From NCBI GenBank assembly GCA_963828195.1, contig CAWHDT010000005.1, positions 96,001 to 160,000 on the forward strand: a stretch of DNA of 64,000 nt, in the 5' to 3' direction. The notes under the pieces are model-generated. The model saw nothing but the letters and a program-made list of their open reading frames with translations, did not search any database and had not been told where the DNA came from. The translations under genes were made by a program, and so were the position numbers. The stretch comes from Candidatus Bathyarchaeota archaeon. GTDB lineage: Archaea > Thermoproteota > Bathyarchaeia > Bathyarchaeales > Bathycorpusculaceae. Positions 20,323-30,210 of this stretch are shown here, in pieces. Every line of letters starts with the position of its first letter. Position 1 is the first letter of the stretch.

Positions 20323-20928
20323 TCAACCTTTGCAGCTGGCCGAGTTTTTATCGCCTTTCGGCATCACTATTCCATCGCCAGGCGCTCCATAAGTCACAGC
20401 TTTTCCCTCCAACAACAGTTTACCAACATATGCACATGTTACCGCATCAAGCTCATGATCACTCATTTGATTATCGAGACCCTTTATGCCTAAATTTTCT
20501 AAGCCAAATTTCAGTTTTTCAAGCCCCCTCTGTTTTCGCGGGATGCCTAGAACATCTTGGGCGCCTCCCGGGTAAGCTTCAATGACAAGGAAGTTTTCTG
20601 CTTCAAGAATATGCCTTAAGTTTATTCCACGCATGGTTAGTTTTCTCATAGGACCCAGAGTTACGGGAAAGAATCTTATCCGCCTTTTCAAAAGTTCCCG
20701 ATCGCACGCTCTTAAATGGACACCTGTTCTCTCCTCAAGCGTCACTCTGCCAGGCGGCAAGCTCAACGGCGCATCAATGGCAACGACGTCAGGCTTACGT
20801 TCTTTGATTTTCAACAGGATTTCTTCGTCCGCATAAACCAAAAAAGTCACTGCATCCATCTCCTCAAGGACACAGAAACCTGTAGGCCTGCTTTCAACGC
20901 CAGCCAAATCTAAACCAATTATCACCAT
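20323..20928 (-). CDS. DUF429 predicted RNase H-fold nuclease
   Basis: IIGLDLAG, VAIDAPLSLP, R.CDREL, IEAYPG, HELDAV.CA. Confidence 0.85.
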   Translation of the reverse strand: MVIIGLDLAGVESRPTGFCVLEEMDAVTFLVYADEEILLKIKERKPDVVAIDAPLSLPPGRVTLEERTGVHLRACDRELLKRRIRFFPVTLGPMRKLTMRGINLRHILEAENFLVIEAYPGGAQDVLGIPRKQRGLEKLKFGLENLGIKGLDNQMSDHELDAVTCAYVGKLLLEGKAVTYGAPGDGIVMPKGDKNSASCKG

Positions 20929-21171
20929 TTGCTTTCACCAAACCCATAGATTAATACTAAATAATTCTTCCACACAAAAGTGTACCTCAAGATTCCGAAG
21001 CGAGTACAAGTTTAAACCCCGAAAATGTGGCTTCATTTAGTTTACCTGCTTAATCATAATCGTATTTTTTGATCAGTTTATGGCTTTAGAAGCCCTTTTT
21101 TGCCCCTTTAACAAGCGAATGATAGAAAACGTTTTATGTACATACATATAACATGACCATCAGGGATAATC

Positions 21172-21336
21172 ATGGCAAAATGCCCAACCTGTGGAAAAGA
21201 AGTAAAAACAGCAAAGAAAACCTGGAAGATGGCAGGCAAACCTGACAAGAAAGGAAAAAGAACCCAACTCACCATTGCACTCTACGAGTGCTGCGATAAG
21301 ACTTTCCGCGAAGTCCTTGACAAGAAAAAAATCTAA
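21172..21336 (+). CDS. Cren7-like chromatin protein with Cys ligands (54 aa, below the ORF-track cutoff)
   Basis: MAKCPTCGKEVKTAKKTWKMAGKPDKKGKRTQLTIALYECCDKTFREVLDKKKI; K.W.M, I.LY and K.FR match Cren7; T-rich terminator follows. Confidence 0.8.
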   Translation: MAKCPTCGKEVKTAKKTWKMAGKPDKKGKRTQLTIALYECCDKTFREVLDKKKI

Positions 21337-21459
21337 ACTGCGCTTCCAACTTTCCTTTTTCTTTTTTTCATTTTTTTACCGGTCAATTGTGACTGACAGT
21401 ACGCTACAACAAATGTTTAATTGCTTGAATAGCAGCCAATCCATTGGATGAAGCAAGCA

Positions 21460-21786
21460 ATGGCTTTTTACAAGAAACGAGACCACACCGAAGTCATCGC
21501 GGAAATACTTGGTTTGAGCAAAAGCCCTCAAACTAAAACCTATATTAGACGCAAAACAAGCATTTCGTGCGCCATGCTTCAAAATTGTTTCACGGAACTA
21601 CTACAAAGACAGTGGTTAACGCTTGTGCAAAATGACGGTGGACAAAAAAAATTCAGAACAACGGAAAAAGGATTTTTGTTTTTAGAAAAATATTGGCAAC
21701 TTCAAACTCTCATGGGAATAAAAAGCAGGCAAATGCCAGTGTTAGTTGTTCCTGAGCTTCGCAAAGTGTTGGCTAAATCGATTTAA
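21460..21786 (+). CDS. Winged-helix DNA-binding protein (archaeal HTH_45-like)
   Basis: KRD..EVIAEIL, KTYI, FRTTEKG..FLEKY. Confidence 0.75.
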   Translation: MAFYKKRDHTEVIAEILGLSKSPQTKTYIRRKTSISCAMLQNCFTELLQRQWLTLVQNDGGQKKFRTTEKGFLFLEKYWQLQTLMGIKSRQMPVLVVPELRKVLAKSI

Positions 21787-21794
21787 AGAAACAT

Positions 21795-22484
21795 TCAACA
21801 TAAGGGCTTATTCTGTTTGCCGATTAAAGTGCAAACTGTTTCTCGCCCAGCTAAAATGGACGCAACCCGCTCAGGATAAAGCCCATTAACAACGTAACAT
21901 TCAATCTGCAACTGTAAAAGTAGTTTAGGCAAAAACTTGTCCACGCTGGTCCGCGTTTCCATCTTAAGAAGGTCTTCAGAGGATATTTTGCTAAGTAATT
22001 TTGCACCAGAAAATTTATTTGGGTCACACGTATAAACACCGTTTACGTCAGTCGCCAAAATAACTTTGTCTGCATGCACCTCACTTGCAATGTAAGCAGC
22101 AATAGAGTCAGAAGTTACATCCCAAGAGTTCTCCAGCGGGTCCCGGCTAAGCAAAAAATTAGACGGCAAAAAAACGGGCAATTTACCCAGATCCAAAATT
22201 TTTTGCGCATCGTCTAGCTCATCTATTGCGCAAGAATGCGGCACCAAATCAGACAGAAGTAAACCGTATTGATCCATTCCTAAAATTGCCATTCTGTGAG
22301 ATACCGCATCTGACAGGCTAAAACGATTATCCAAATTCTTTACCGTATCGGCAAATTCGCCGCCTCCCGGCACCACTATTACCCTATGCGTCTGGGAGGC
22401 TTCACTTAACTTTGCACAGAGGTTTCTTAGTTCTTTCGGGTGCGAGGCTAAGCTGCCTCCGACTTTGACTACTGTCAGGTCCAT
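21795..22484 (-). CDS. mfnE: Amino-acid-kinase-family enzyme, [5-(aminomethyl)furan-3-yl]methyl phosphate kinase
   Basis: VVKVGGSL, VPGGGEFAD, HRMAILGMDQYG, SWDVTSDSIA, TDVNGVY; operon context. Confidence 0.8.
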   Translation of the reverse strand: MDLTVVKVGGSLASHPKELRNLCAKLSEASQTHRVIVVPGGGEFADTVKNLDNRFSLSDAVSHRMAILGMDQYGLLLSDLVPHSCAIDELDDAQKILDLGKLPVFLPSNFLLSRDPLENSWDVTSDSIAAYIASEVHADKVILATDVNGVYTCDPNKFSGAKLLSKISSEDLLKMETRTSVDKFLPKLLLQLQIECYVVNGLYPERVASILAGRETVCTLIGKQNKPLC

Positions 22485-23542
22485 TTCGTGTTTTCTCCGT
22501 CAAGTTTATTGGCTGTCATCAGAGCTACAGCGAAGGCAGGAGTTGCAACCACAACGCCAGTCGGAACAAACGTTCCCAAATCGACTATAGAGTTGGCGCC
22601 GATTTTTTCAGCGGCTTTCCTTGCGATGAAGTCTTTGCCAAGCCCCGTAACCACCACTGGAACCTCGTTTGACGCCAATTTTTTTGTGTAAGAGTAAACT
22701 TTGCTTAAGCCTTCAGCAACCTGCAGGACCTGCTGATCGCAGATGTACTTAGCTATGCTGATGATTTCTTGTTGAGTCAACATTTCCGTGTCAGCGCAAA
22801 CCACCCTTGCTAACCTCGCAAAGGTTTCAGGCAAACTTTTTCCCCGTCCATCAGCCGTTTCACAAGTGTATTGCACCGGATTGATGTTGCCTAAAGCTAA
22901 GTGTACATCGCCAGATAACGCGAACAACTCAGAAGCGACACCCGCAACCCCGTTTTTAACAGGGACAGAATGCACGATTGCCGCCACATTGGTCCTTAAG
23001 CTTCCAGTGTAAACAAGTTCTCCGCAAATGAGCTTATCCAAATCCGTTTTACCCCTCGCCGCAACTTGCCCGTTGACTATGGGAATTATGCTTGCGCTTG
23101 TGCTTCCGACGTCAACGACCACGCAATCTTTAACCCGCTGCGCTACTAACCAGCCAGTTGCAGCCCAATTAGCCGCCGCGACGCCAAGCGGTTCATCTTC
23201 AGCTGCAGCCAGAGGCGCCAGTTTTGCGTCAGTGTTCAAGACGTAAATTGGCACTGAGGGAAAAGCTTTCTTTAGACAGCCTAAAATATGGAGGACCCCT
23301 TCACGTTTGGTTGCGTAAACATCAGACAGTTCAGCGGTCATTGTTACGCCTATACCATCAAGCCTTTCGATGCCTAACCGTTCCTTAAGTGCGAGGAAGA
23401 CGCTGCTGAGTTTTTCTGGTTCTTTCCATACGGGGAAGTACTTCACTGCCACTTGGTGCTGTTGCAGCTTGCCTTTTTGCGTTTGAACAAAGACGGCTTT
23501 AGTGTTTGCCCCGCCAACATCGTAGCCCAACACGTTTACCAA
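22475..23542 (-). CDS. mfnF: Hydantoinase-A-like methanofuran coupling enzyme
   Basis: GYDVGGANTK, VTMTAELSD, AAANW, DVGSTS, ELVYTG.LRT, T.DGR, RLARVVCAD. Confidence 0.85.
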   Translation of the reverse strand: MVNVLGYDVGGANTKAVFVQTQKGKLQQHQVAVKYFPVWKEPEKLSSVFLALKERLGIERLDGIGVTMTAELSDVYATKREGVLHILGCLKKAFPSVPIYVLNTDAKLAPLAAAEDEPLGVAAANWAATGWLVAQRVKDCVVVDVGSTSASIIPIVNGQVAARGKTDLDKLICGELVYTGSLRTNVAAIVHSVPVKNGVAGVASELFALSGDVHLALGNINPVQYTCETADGRGKSLPETFARLARVVCADTEMLTQQEIISIAKYICDQQVLQVAEGLSKVYSYTKKLASNEVPVVVTGLGKDFIARKAAEKIGANSIVDLGTFVPTGVVVATPAFAVALMTANKLDGENTKWT

Positions 23543-23543
23543 G

Positions 23544-24773
23544 CTACATTCCTCCGCTGATAATGGTGAGCAGACGCTTTTTAGCTTCTTCTAACCGTAA
23601 CTGGGCATCTTCCAAAGATTCGCCTTTACCGTAAACGAGCGAGCACGTTTCATCATTATTTCCCATTGGAAAAGGCGGTGAAACCACTTCTTTTGATTGA
23701 GCGGCTTTTTGAAAAGCGTCAAGTGTCGGCTTGGGGGTTTCCACTTTTGAGAAGCAAACAAAACCCTTAGTTTCTTTTCCAGTTGGAAGCTTACCCTTCA
23801 CAACCGCGTTAACCATTTCCTCGGCAACGTTGAAGGCGGCAACTCTGCATAAGCCAACGTAAGAAGTTGTTAACCGCGGATTGACATCAACTACAAACGC
23901 TTTATCTTCCGCCAAAATCAAATCAACACCCACATAACCCCTTAGACCAGCAAAAGACTCAACAACCTTCTCTGCCACACTGAAGGCTTCCTGCTTTAGC
24001 GGATGGTCAAATGGGACAGCGCCGCCTTCATAGCTTGAATCAGCCTCTGGAGCGGCAAACATGATGTTTTGTTTATTCAAGCTAATTGCCGACGCTTTGC
24101 CGCCTGCAGAAAGAACGCTTACGCTTGCAGCTTCGCCGTCAATAAATTCTTGGACTAAAAAATGGTTCCCTGATTTAACCTTTAATTTTGCAATTGCCTT
24201 CTCAACCTGTGCGGTTTCTTTAACGATGCTTAAGCCGCCGCAGCTGACGCCCACCGTGGGCTTGAAAACTATTGGATAACTAAATTTTTTGGTGATTTCA
24301 TTTTTAGTTTCTGCTAACGCCTCGCCGACCTTGAGCACGATGGTTTTGGGAGTGTTTAAACTGTTGTTTTTTAACGTCTCATGCAGAATTCCCTTATCCG
24401 CGACTTTTTTAATGGCATGGGCTTCGCAGTTAAGAGAAACCTTACCTGTGTGCTCCACAAGTTCAACAAGCGACTGCAGGGTTTGCCCCGTTTCAGGAGC
24501 AATGACGTAAACAGCGTCGTTAATTTTGGCGGCGTTAACGAGAAGTCTTTCGGCTTCATGGCGATAGAAAACTGGTACCGTGCAGTCAGCTTCTACTGGG
24601 GGATTCAGTTTTGAAAGCCTGCCATCGAGCAAAACGGTTACCGCGTTGCCTGCGCACTTAAAATCGGAAGCAATTGACCGTAGCATTGCGAAGCCTTCAG
24701 ATAAAACGCTTGGCGGAATAGGTTGCCCTGCGTATCCGCCGCCTGAAACGTGCTCGTAAACTAAAAGCCTCAA
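23544..24773 (-). CDS. mfnD: ATP-grasp tyramine--L-glutamate ligase
   Basis: SEGFAML, IAPET, QEFIDG..ASVS, GYVGVD, VNPRLTTSY; operon context. Confidence 0.85.
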   Translation of the reverse strand: MRLLVYEHVSGGGYAGQPIPPSVLSEGFAMLRSIASDFKCAGNAVTVLLDGRLSKLNPPVEADCTVPVFYRHEAERLLVNAAKINDAVYVIAPETGQTLQSLVELVEHTGKVSLNCEAHAIKKVADKGILHETLKNNSLNTPKTIVLKVGEALAETKNEITKKFSYPIVFKPTVGVSCGGLSIVKETAQVEKAIAKLKVKSGNHFLVQEFIDGEAASVSVLSAGGKASAISLNKQNIMFAAPEADSSYEGGAVPFDHPLKQEAFSVAEKVVESFAGLRGYVGVDLILAEDKAFVVDVNPRLTTSYVGLCRVAAFNVAEEMVNAVVKGKLPTGKETKGFVCFSKVETPKPTLDAFQKAAQSKEVVSPPFPMGNNDETCSLVYGKGESLEDAQLRLEEAKKRLLTIISGGM

Positions 24774-24813
24774 AGCAAACCTCCGTCAGAGTCGATGGAA
24801 ACCCACAGTAGCC

Positions 24814-25953
24814 TTAAAGCTTTTCTATTTCCGCTAGATCTTTCAAAAAAGCTTCTACGTGCTTCTTTTTAACGTGAGGCATCACGATGATTCTGATGCA
24901 GTCGTAGCGTGGCACGTAAGCCACAAACCAGTCGCCTCTCCAAAGCTTCTCAGCTAAACTCCTCGTTCCCTTATCACTTCGAAAAGCTACAATGTTAAGT
25001 GTCGGCTCCACAACAAGTTTGAAACCAGCACCGCTTAGCCCATCAGCAAGCAATCTGGTAGTTTTCATGCAGTCTCCCACCACTTTTTTGAACCCGTCCA
25101 CTCCGAGAACCCTGAAAACTGCCCACGCTGAAGCTGCAGCGGCGCCTGACCGCGTTCCGACAAACGTGAACTGGTACGGGTCGGTTAAGTAAGGCGTTTC
25201 CGTTTTGATAAGATCCAGGGCTTTGCCGTCTCTGAAAATGATTCCGCCAGCGGGGATTGCCGCCATACCCATTTTGTGCGGGTCAACCGTCATAGACTTC
25301 ACCGCGTCTAAAGCGAAATCAAATTTACAGTTTGCGTTTTTGAGAAACGGAATAACTAATCCACCGAAAGCTGCGTCAACATGCAACCAAACATTATGCT
25401 CCAAAGCAATTCTGGATAGCTCCTCGATTGGGTCGACTGCGCCCAACTCCGATGTTCCAGCGGTCCCAACGATGGCGACTGTGTTTTCGCTGACGCATTT
25501 TTCAACCGACGAAGGGTCAACCCTAAATGAGCCGTCTAAACCCGCATAGACTGGCTTGAGATTCAGCAGGTTGCAGATTTTGGTGAAAGAGAAATGGGCG
25601 GATTCTGGCAACACAACCTCAGGCTGGCGGATTTGCGTCATGTTTCTTGCGGCTAAAAGCGCCATCAAATTTGCTTCTGTCCCGCCCGAAACCACGAAGC
25701 CAACGCCGTTTTGCCCATGCAGAAGCGCCGATAGCTGATTTACAACTTCTTTTTCAAGGCGTGCGGTTCCTGGAAAGAGAGCTTTGTCCCCCAGATTGGA
25801 GCTTAAAAATAGTCGATAAGCCTTTTCGGCTATAGGATGGGGTTTTGTGCACATTGAACACAAAATCTTGCCGTCTTCATACCGCGGGTCCTCGGCGCGG
25901 GTTGCTTTAAGTTCAGCCAACACTTTTTTCCCGCTTGACCCGCTGGATTGCAA
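24814..25953 (-). CDS. mfnA: L-tyrosine/L-aspartate decarboxylase (PLP-dependent)
   Basis: ILCSMCT.PH, NLGD..LFPG, SGGTEAN, HVDAAFGG, TVDPHKMG, GTRSG. Confidence 0.93.
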   Translation of the reverse strand: MQSSGSSGKKVLAELKATRAEDPRYEDGKILCSMCTKPHPIAEKAYRLFLSSNLGDKALFPGTARLEKEVVNQLSALLHGQNGVGFVVSGGTEANLMALLAARNMTQIRQPEVVLPESAHFSFTKICNLLNLKPVYAGLDGSFRVDPSSVEKCVSENTVAIVGTAGTSELGAVDPIEELSRIALEHNVWLHVDAAFGGLVIPFLKNANCKFDFALDAVKSMTVDPHKMGMAAIPAGGIIFRDGKALDLIKTETPYLTDPYQFTFVGTRSGAAAASAWAVFRVLGVDGFKKVVGDCMKTTRLLADGLSGAGFKLVVEPTLNIVAFRSDKGTRSLAEKLWRGDWFVAYVPRYDCIRIIVMPHVKKKHVEAFLKDLAEIEKL

Positions 25954-25955
25954 AG

Positions 25956-26696
25956 TTAAATCCTCTTTGTGTTAGCTTGTTTTTCAGCTTGCTTAACGGT
26001 TTCAACAAGTTCCGCCACCAGCTTCTTGGTAATTTTGCCGCCTACTCTGTCGCTGTTTGTGCAGGCTGCTCCACGTAGACCCGCCACATCCGCGCCTAAA
26101 CCGTACACCACGGATAAATCCTGTTTTCTCAGCGAACCAGCCAGCGCCGCTTCCAAGCCAAGTTTATGGGCGGAACCGATGAATTTTTCAAGTTGCTGGG
26201 TGGACAAGAAGTTGAAGAGGTTTTTGCCGTCTTTCACGGCTGTATCAACCATTGCAAGGTCCACCTTAGCCAACGAAGCTATTTCTGGAATAAGCATAGG
26301 GTCTAATGCGCCAACTCTTTCTGCGTCCGCGTAGCCTGCGGCTGCCACTTTGATTTTAGGGTTGATTTCTTTGGCTGCCCTGTTGACGTTCTGCAACAGA
26401 AAAACGGCTTCTTTGGGCGTTTTGAACCCGTAAAGACCCACTTTAATGTAGTCAACACCCAGTGACGCTGCGCCAAACGCAGCCAACGCTATTGACCCTG
26501 GAAGGTTCGGAACATCGCCAAGTGCGCAGCTTACCTGGATGTTTCTCGGAGTGATTTCCCGTATCCGCTTGATAACCCACGGGAAATTTGCTCCTAACGC
26601 GCCCTCCTGAGGGTTCTTGACATCTATTATGTCGGCGCCGCCGGCGATGGCTTCACAGGCTTCTTTCTCGTTCATGGGGCTTATGAGTAGCTTCAA
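25956..26696 (-). CDS. mfnB: (5-formylfuran-3-yl)methyl phosphate synthase
   Basis: LLISP, GADIIDVKNP.EGALGANFPW, DYIKVGL, MVDTAVKDG, ALAGSL, GLRGAAC. Confidence 0.93.
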   Translation of the reverse strand: MKLLISPMNEKEACEAIAGGADIIDVKNPQEGALGANFPWVIKRIREITPRNIQVSCALGDVPNLPGSIALAAFGAASLGVDYIKVGLYGFKTPKEAVFLLQNVNRAAKEINPKIKVAAAGYADAERVGALDPMLIPEIASLAKVDLAMVDTAVKDGKNLFNFLSTQQLEKFIGSAHKLGLEAALAGSLRKQDLSVVYGLGADVAGLRGAACTNSDRVGGKITKKLVAELVETVKQAEKQANTKRI

Positions 26697-26800
26697 GTAG
26701 CATCCTTATTGATGCGCATTGACGCTGCCTTTAAAAGTTTTGCTGAAAAACGGTTAGGTTTTTCTATTCGTTGAGAATCAATTCAAAGGTGGCTGGGAAC

Positions 26801-27532
26801 TTGAAGGTTATACCTGTAATTGACATTTTAAACGGCAAAGCTATCCACGCAGTAAGAGGAAGAAGGCAGGAGTACCAGCCGCTCAAAAGCGTTTTGTGCA
26901 AGTCATTTGAGCCGTTAGAGGTTGCCAGAGCATTCAAAGCCCTCGGATTCAGCGATCTCTATATCGCAGATTTAGATGCAATCCAAGGAGGCACCGTGAA
27001 TCTTCAGGTTTTCAGACGCATCACAGAAGAGACTGGGTTCCGCTTGATGGTTGATGATGGAGTTTCTGACCTTAAAGGAGCACAGAAGCTCCTCGACAGC
27101 GGGGTTTCCAAAGTTGTAATCGGCACGGAAACGCTTCAAAATAAAAATTTTGTCGGGGAAGCGGTCAGGCTTTTTGGAAGCGAACAGGTGGTTGTTAGCT
27201 TGGACTTGAAAGGCGGGGCAGTTCTTGTTAGATCGGGTTTTAACGGCAACGGGGAACCGATGCGTCTCCTCCGTGATTTCGAGGAAATGGGCGTTGCCGA
27301 AGTCATTGTGTTGGATTTGGCGCGCGTAGGCAGCGAAGAAGGCGTTGATACTGACTTTTTGAAGCTGGTGTTTGAGGAGACATCAATGGGGGTTTTTGTG
27401 GGCGGTGGAGTTAGAGACGTAAAAGATTTAATTGAATTGAAAAGGTTAGGCGTTTCTGGAGTTTTGGTGGCGACGGCTCTGCATTCGGGCAAAATTTCAA
27501 TTGAAGAACTAAAAAAGGCTAAATTGCTTTAA
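26801..27532 (+). CDS. HisA/HisF-related TIM-barrel protein (C1-transfer-cluster Orf17 type)
   Basis: IPVIDI..G..IHAVRG.R..YQP, LYIADLDAI, VIGTETL, LDLARVGS, VGGGVR, LVATALH. Confidence 0.8.
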   Translation: MKVIPVIDILNGKAIHAVRGRRQEYQPLKSVLCKSFEPLEVARAFKALGFSDLYIADLDAIQGGTVNLQVFRRITEETGFRLMVDDGVSDLKGAQKLLDSGVSKVVIGTETLQNKNFVGEAVRLFGSEQVVVSLDLKGGAVLVRSGFNGNGEPMRLLRDFEEMGVAEVIVLDLARVGSEEGVDTDFLKLVFEETSMGVFVGGGVRDVKDLIELKRLGVSGVLVATALHSGKISIEELKKAKLL

Positions 27533-27538
27533 GCCGCG

Positions 27539-28258
27539 TTATTCCCGTTTTGCCAAGCAAACGATTCCGCCAAGCTGCGTGACACGTTTCCCGGCTGTTG
27601 ATTCGGCGTTTATTACCCGTGTTTTGACGCCTTTGTTCGCGGCAACCTGCATAAGCCTTTGAACCCTGAATTTTTGGCGGCTCTTCGAAAGATAATCGTC
27701 TGTAAGCATAAGATATTCCGGTTGGGGTTTGCCTTCTGCCTGTGGGTTGAGCACAAGGTTTTCTGCTTCCTGCAGAGAGAAAAGAACCAGATTGTCGGCG
27801 GCGTTTAGCCTTTTTTCGAGGATTTCAAGCAGGTTTTCGGTTTCCTGCGCTGTGGTTTGGCTGATTAATTCTTTGAATGCACCTGTTTTAGTTAAGGCAG
27901 CGACCTGCGGCGGGGTACTTGCTGACCCCGTTATGGTTGAGAAAACGGCTTTGTTTACGCCTTGAAGAAGCCAGTTTTGATGCGCTTTGATGTGGTTTAG
28001 AAATTCCTGTCCGTAACTGGTTTTACTTGGCGAAGCAACTACGACACTTCTTACGCCTTCCTTCAAAATGGGCCTCAACGCGTTCACGATGGATTCGTAA
28101 AAGCTGTAGGCTGCTTTAGCGTCGCTCCTGCTACCGTTCAGCTGAATGGTTTCCTGTTGCTTTGCCACTTGGCTGAAAACTTGCCATATTGCTGCGTGAT
28201 TCTGCTCTATTCCCACGAGAACCGCAACGGGGTAACCGCGTTTGTAAGCTTTCGGCAT
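27539..28258 (-). CDS. Pelota/aeRF1-like protein lacking the N-terminal domain
   Basis: RNase H-like middle region, then C-terminal domain ending VINAESTAGKRVTQLGGIVCL, similar to pelota ISTEHEAG.KL..LGGVAALL; start MPKAYKRG behind AGGA. Confidence 0.7.
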   Translation of the reverse strand: MPKAYKRGYPVAVLVGIEQNHAAIWQVFSQVAKQQETIQLNGSRSDAKAAYSFYESIVNALRPILKEGVRSVVVASPSKTSYGQEFLNHIKAHQNWLLQGVNKAVFSTITGSASTPPQVAALTKTGAFKELISQTTAQETENLLEILEKRLNAADNLVLFSLQEAENLVLNPQAEGKPQPEYLMLTDDYLSKSRQKFRVQRLMQVAANKGVKTRVINAESTAGKRVTQLGGIVCLAKRE

Positions 28259-28375
28259 TGATTTTCCTACTCTGATTTGATGCATGTTGTATTTAGGTTT
28301 GCTTTTGCTGCGTTCTTTCAATTTTAAAACGGCAAGTTTATCAAAGCGCAAAACCGACCTAATTAGAGAGAAGAT

Positions 28376-28708
28376 ATGATTGAAGTTGACAACGAAAAAG
28401 ACCTGAACAGCCAGTTAAAGGCAAACGGAAAAGTCCTCGCGCTATTTTATGCTTCATGGTGCCCACACTGCAAACGCTTTGTTCCAATATTCGACAAGAA
28501 GACCCCCGGATGCGACGTCGGAACCGTAATTCACGTTCTCTTAGACGACTATGACAGCTCGTTGTGGGACGAATACTCCGTGGAGGCAGTCCCGACAATA
28601 ATATATTTTTGTGAAGGAAAAGTTAGCAGGCGCCTAGATGGAAAATTAGGTTCAGGCTTGAGTGAAAAACAACTTAACGAATGGCTTCAAGGGTTCAAAG
28701 TTCAATAA
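28376..28708 (+). CDS. Thioredoxin family protein
   Basis: FYASWCPHC, VEAVPTII. Confidence 0.88.
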   Translation: MIEVDNEKDLNSQLKANGKVLALFYASWCPHCKRFVPIFDKKTPGCDVGTVIHVLLDDYDSSLWDEYSVEAVPTIIYFCEGKVSRRLDGKLGSGLSEKQLNEWLQGFKVQ

Positions 28709-28806
28709 CTTGAATAGCAATAAAGAAGTTCCGCAAAGTTTTTTCGTCAAGCGCTAATGCTACTTAAAATCATTTTAAAGAAAAAGAAAAAAGGAGATTT
28801 ATAATT

Positions 28807-29310
28807 TTAAGTCGGCGCTTGTGGTGGCGGAGCCTGAGAAGCAGGAGGAGGAGTTGATCCGATCGGTGATCTACCCACCTGGACTACTGTTGTGCCCGCA
28901 TATCGATCAGTGAATTTTTGGCGTCTATCATTTCCAGGCGTTACGATAGCTACCAACCAGTCTATCAGCAGAAAAAGCCAATAAATTTTAGTTATATTGC
29001 GAATGAATGATTTATCCATTGTAACTTTGCCGCCGTTGACCAACTGCACTTGCAATCCCATGATACGTTTGCCTATTGTTGTACCGTCCCAATAAACTTC
29101 AAGGATAACAAAGTAGATTACCTCAATTATACCGAAGATAAATGGACCTACCACAAAACCGCCGTATCTGAAAAAATTTGTTTCTACCGCAATTACGAAG
29201 TAGATAATGAAGAATGGGATAAGGCAGATTATGCTGTCTATGATTAAAGCAACTAAGCGTGTTATCCAATGATTCCAGTCAATTTGTCCACTACTGCTCT
29301 TATTTGTCAT
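28807..29310 (-). CDS. RDD family membrane protein
   Basis: RLVALIIDS, GTTIGKRIMGLQV, FIRN, QKFTDRYAGTTVV; GAGGA before ATG 29310. Confidence 0.88.
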   Translation of the reverse strand: MTNKSSSGQIDWNHWITRLVALIIDSIICLIPFFIIYFVIAVETNFFRYGGFVVGPFIFGIIEVIYFVILEVYWDGTTIGKRIMGLQVQLVNGGKVTMDKSFIRNITKIYWLFLLIDWLVAIVTPGNDRRQKFTDRYAGTTVVQVGRSPIGSTPPPASQAPPPQAPT

Positions 29311-29378
29311 TTGATAAAATCCTCTAATTAATTTGTCATTAAAGCTGTTATTATCGTTTTCTGTCAGGCAATTAAGCA

Positions 29379-30029
29379 CTAAAAAGAAGCGATAACATTC
29401 CAGGGTTTGAAACCTACCAGAAGCGCCAGCTCCAGCCATTTCCAGTAGCAATCCACGTCATCAAAACCTATTTGCCTAAGCCACTTAAGCTGCGTTTCAA
29501 CGTCCAAAAGCTTGTTGGAAGGATCTTCAGTTTCAGGAGTTAAGCCAGTCGCATACAGAAACTTTAAGTGGAGATTCTGGGTTGGCGAGGAAACGTGCTC
29601 CAAATTGCAGAAAACGCCCTTTGGATTTAGCAGTCCAAATATTTCGGTGTACAGCTGCTTTTTTCTTGGGTGCGTCATATGGTGGATAGCTAAGCTGGAA
29701 ACAACAACGTCAAAGTAGCCTAACTGCTCAGACGGAAGCGGGAAACTAAAATCATGCTTAAACAAGGTCACGGTTTTGTCTTGTGCAAATCGTTTTCGGG
29801 CTTGTTCCAGCATCGGCTCCGAAAAATCCAGCGCCACGCCTTCAGCCTCCGGATACTTCAGCTTCACCAGCGCCAACAGCCTTCCGTCACCTGTTCCTAA
29901 ATCGAGAATACGTTTGGGAGGAGCTGGGATTTGGTCAAGCAGCACTCTTTCGCCTTCGGTTCTGTGAGGAAGTTTATCTGCCCGCGCCAAATACGCAAAT
30001 GCGTGTTCCACTGTTAGCCATTCACTCAT
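29379..30029 (-). CDS. Class I SAM-dependent methyltransferase
   Basis: [43 protein letters not shown]. Confidence 0.9.
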   Translation of the reverse strand: MSEWLTVEHAFAYLARADKLPHRTEGERVLLDQIPAPPKRILDLGTGDGRLLALVKLKYPEAEGVALDFSEPMLEQARKRFAQDKTVTLFKHDFSFPLPSEQLGYFDVVVSSLAIHHMTHPRKKQLYTEIFGLLNPKGVFCNLEHVSSPTQNLHLKFLYATGLTPETEDPSNKLLDVETQLKWLRQIGFDDVDCYWKWLELALLVGFKPWNVIASF

Positions 30030-30210
30030 TAGTCTGCCCTTCATTCAGTTTATGTCCTACAGTTAACGAAGCAGAATATTTTAGTTGCGCTTCATTTCCA
30101 AAATATTCACTGCAAACTGCGGATAGCCCGAGTTTTCTTCGCTGCAAAAACAATGCTTATATCGGGTTATGTTCTTAGTTATGAAGAAATATTGTGAAGG
30201 GTTCTGATTC

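Noticed and set aside
21795-26696. Evidence that the organism is a methanogen
   Set aside because: Methanofuran is also used by non-methanogenic Wood-Ljungdahl archaea; no mcr or mtr genes are in the window
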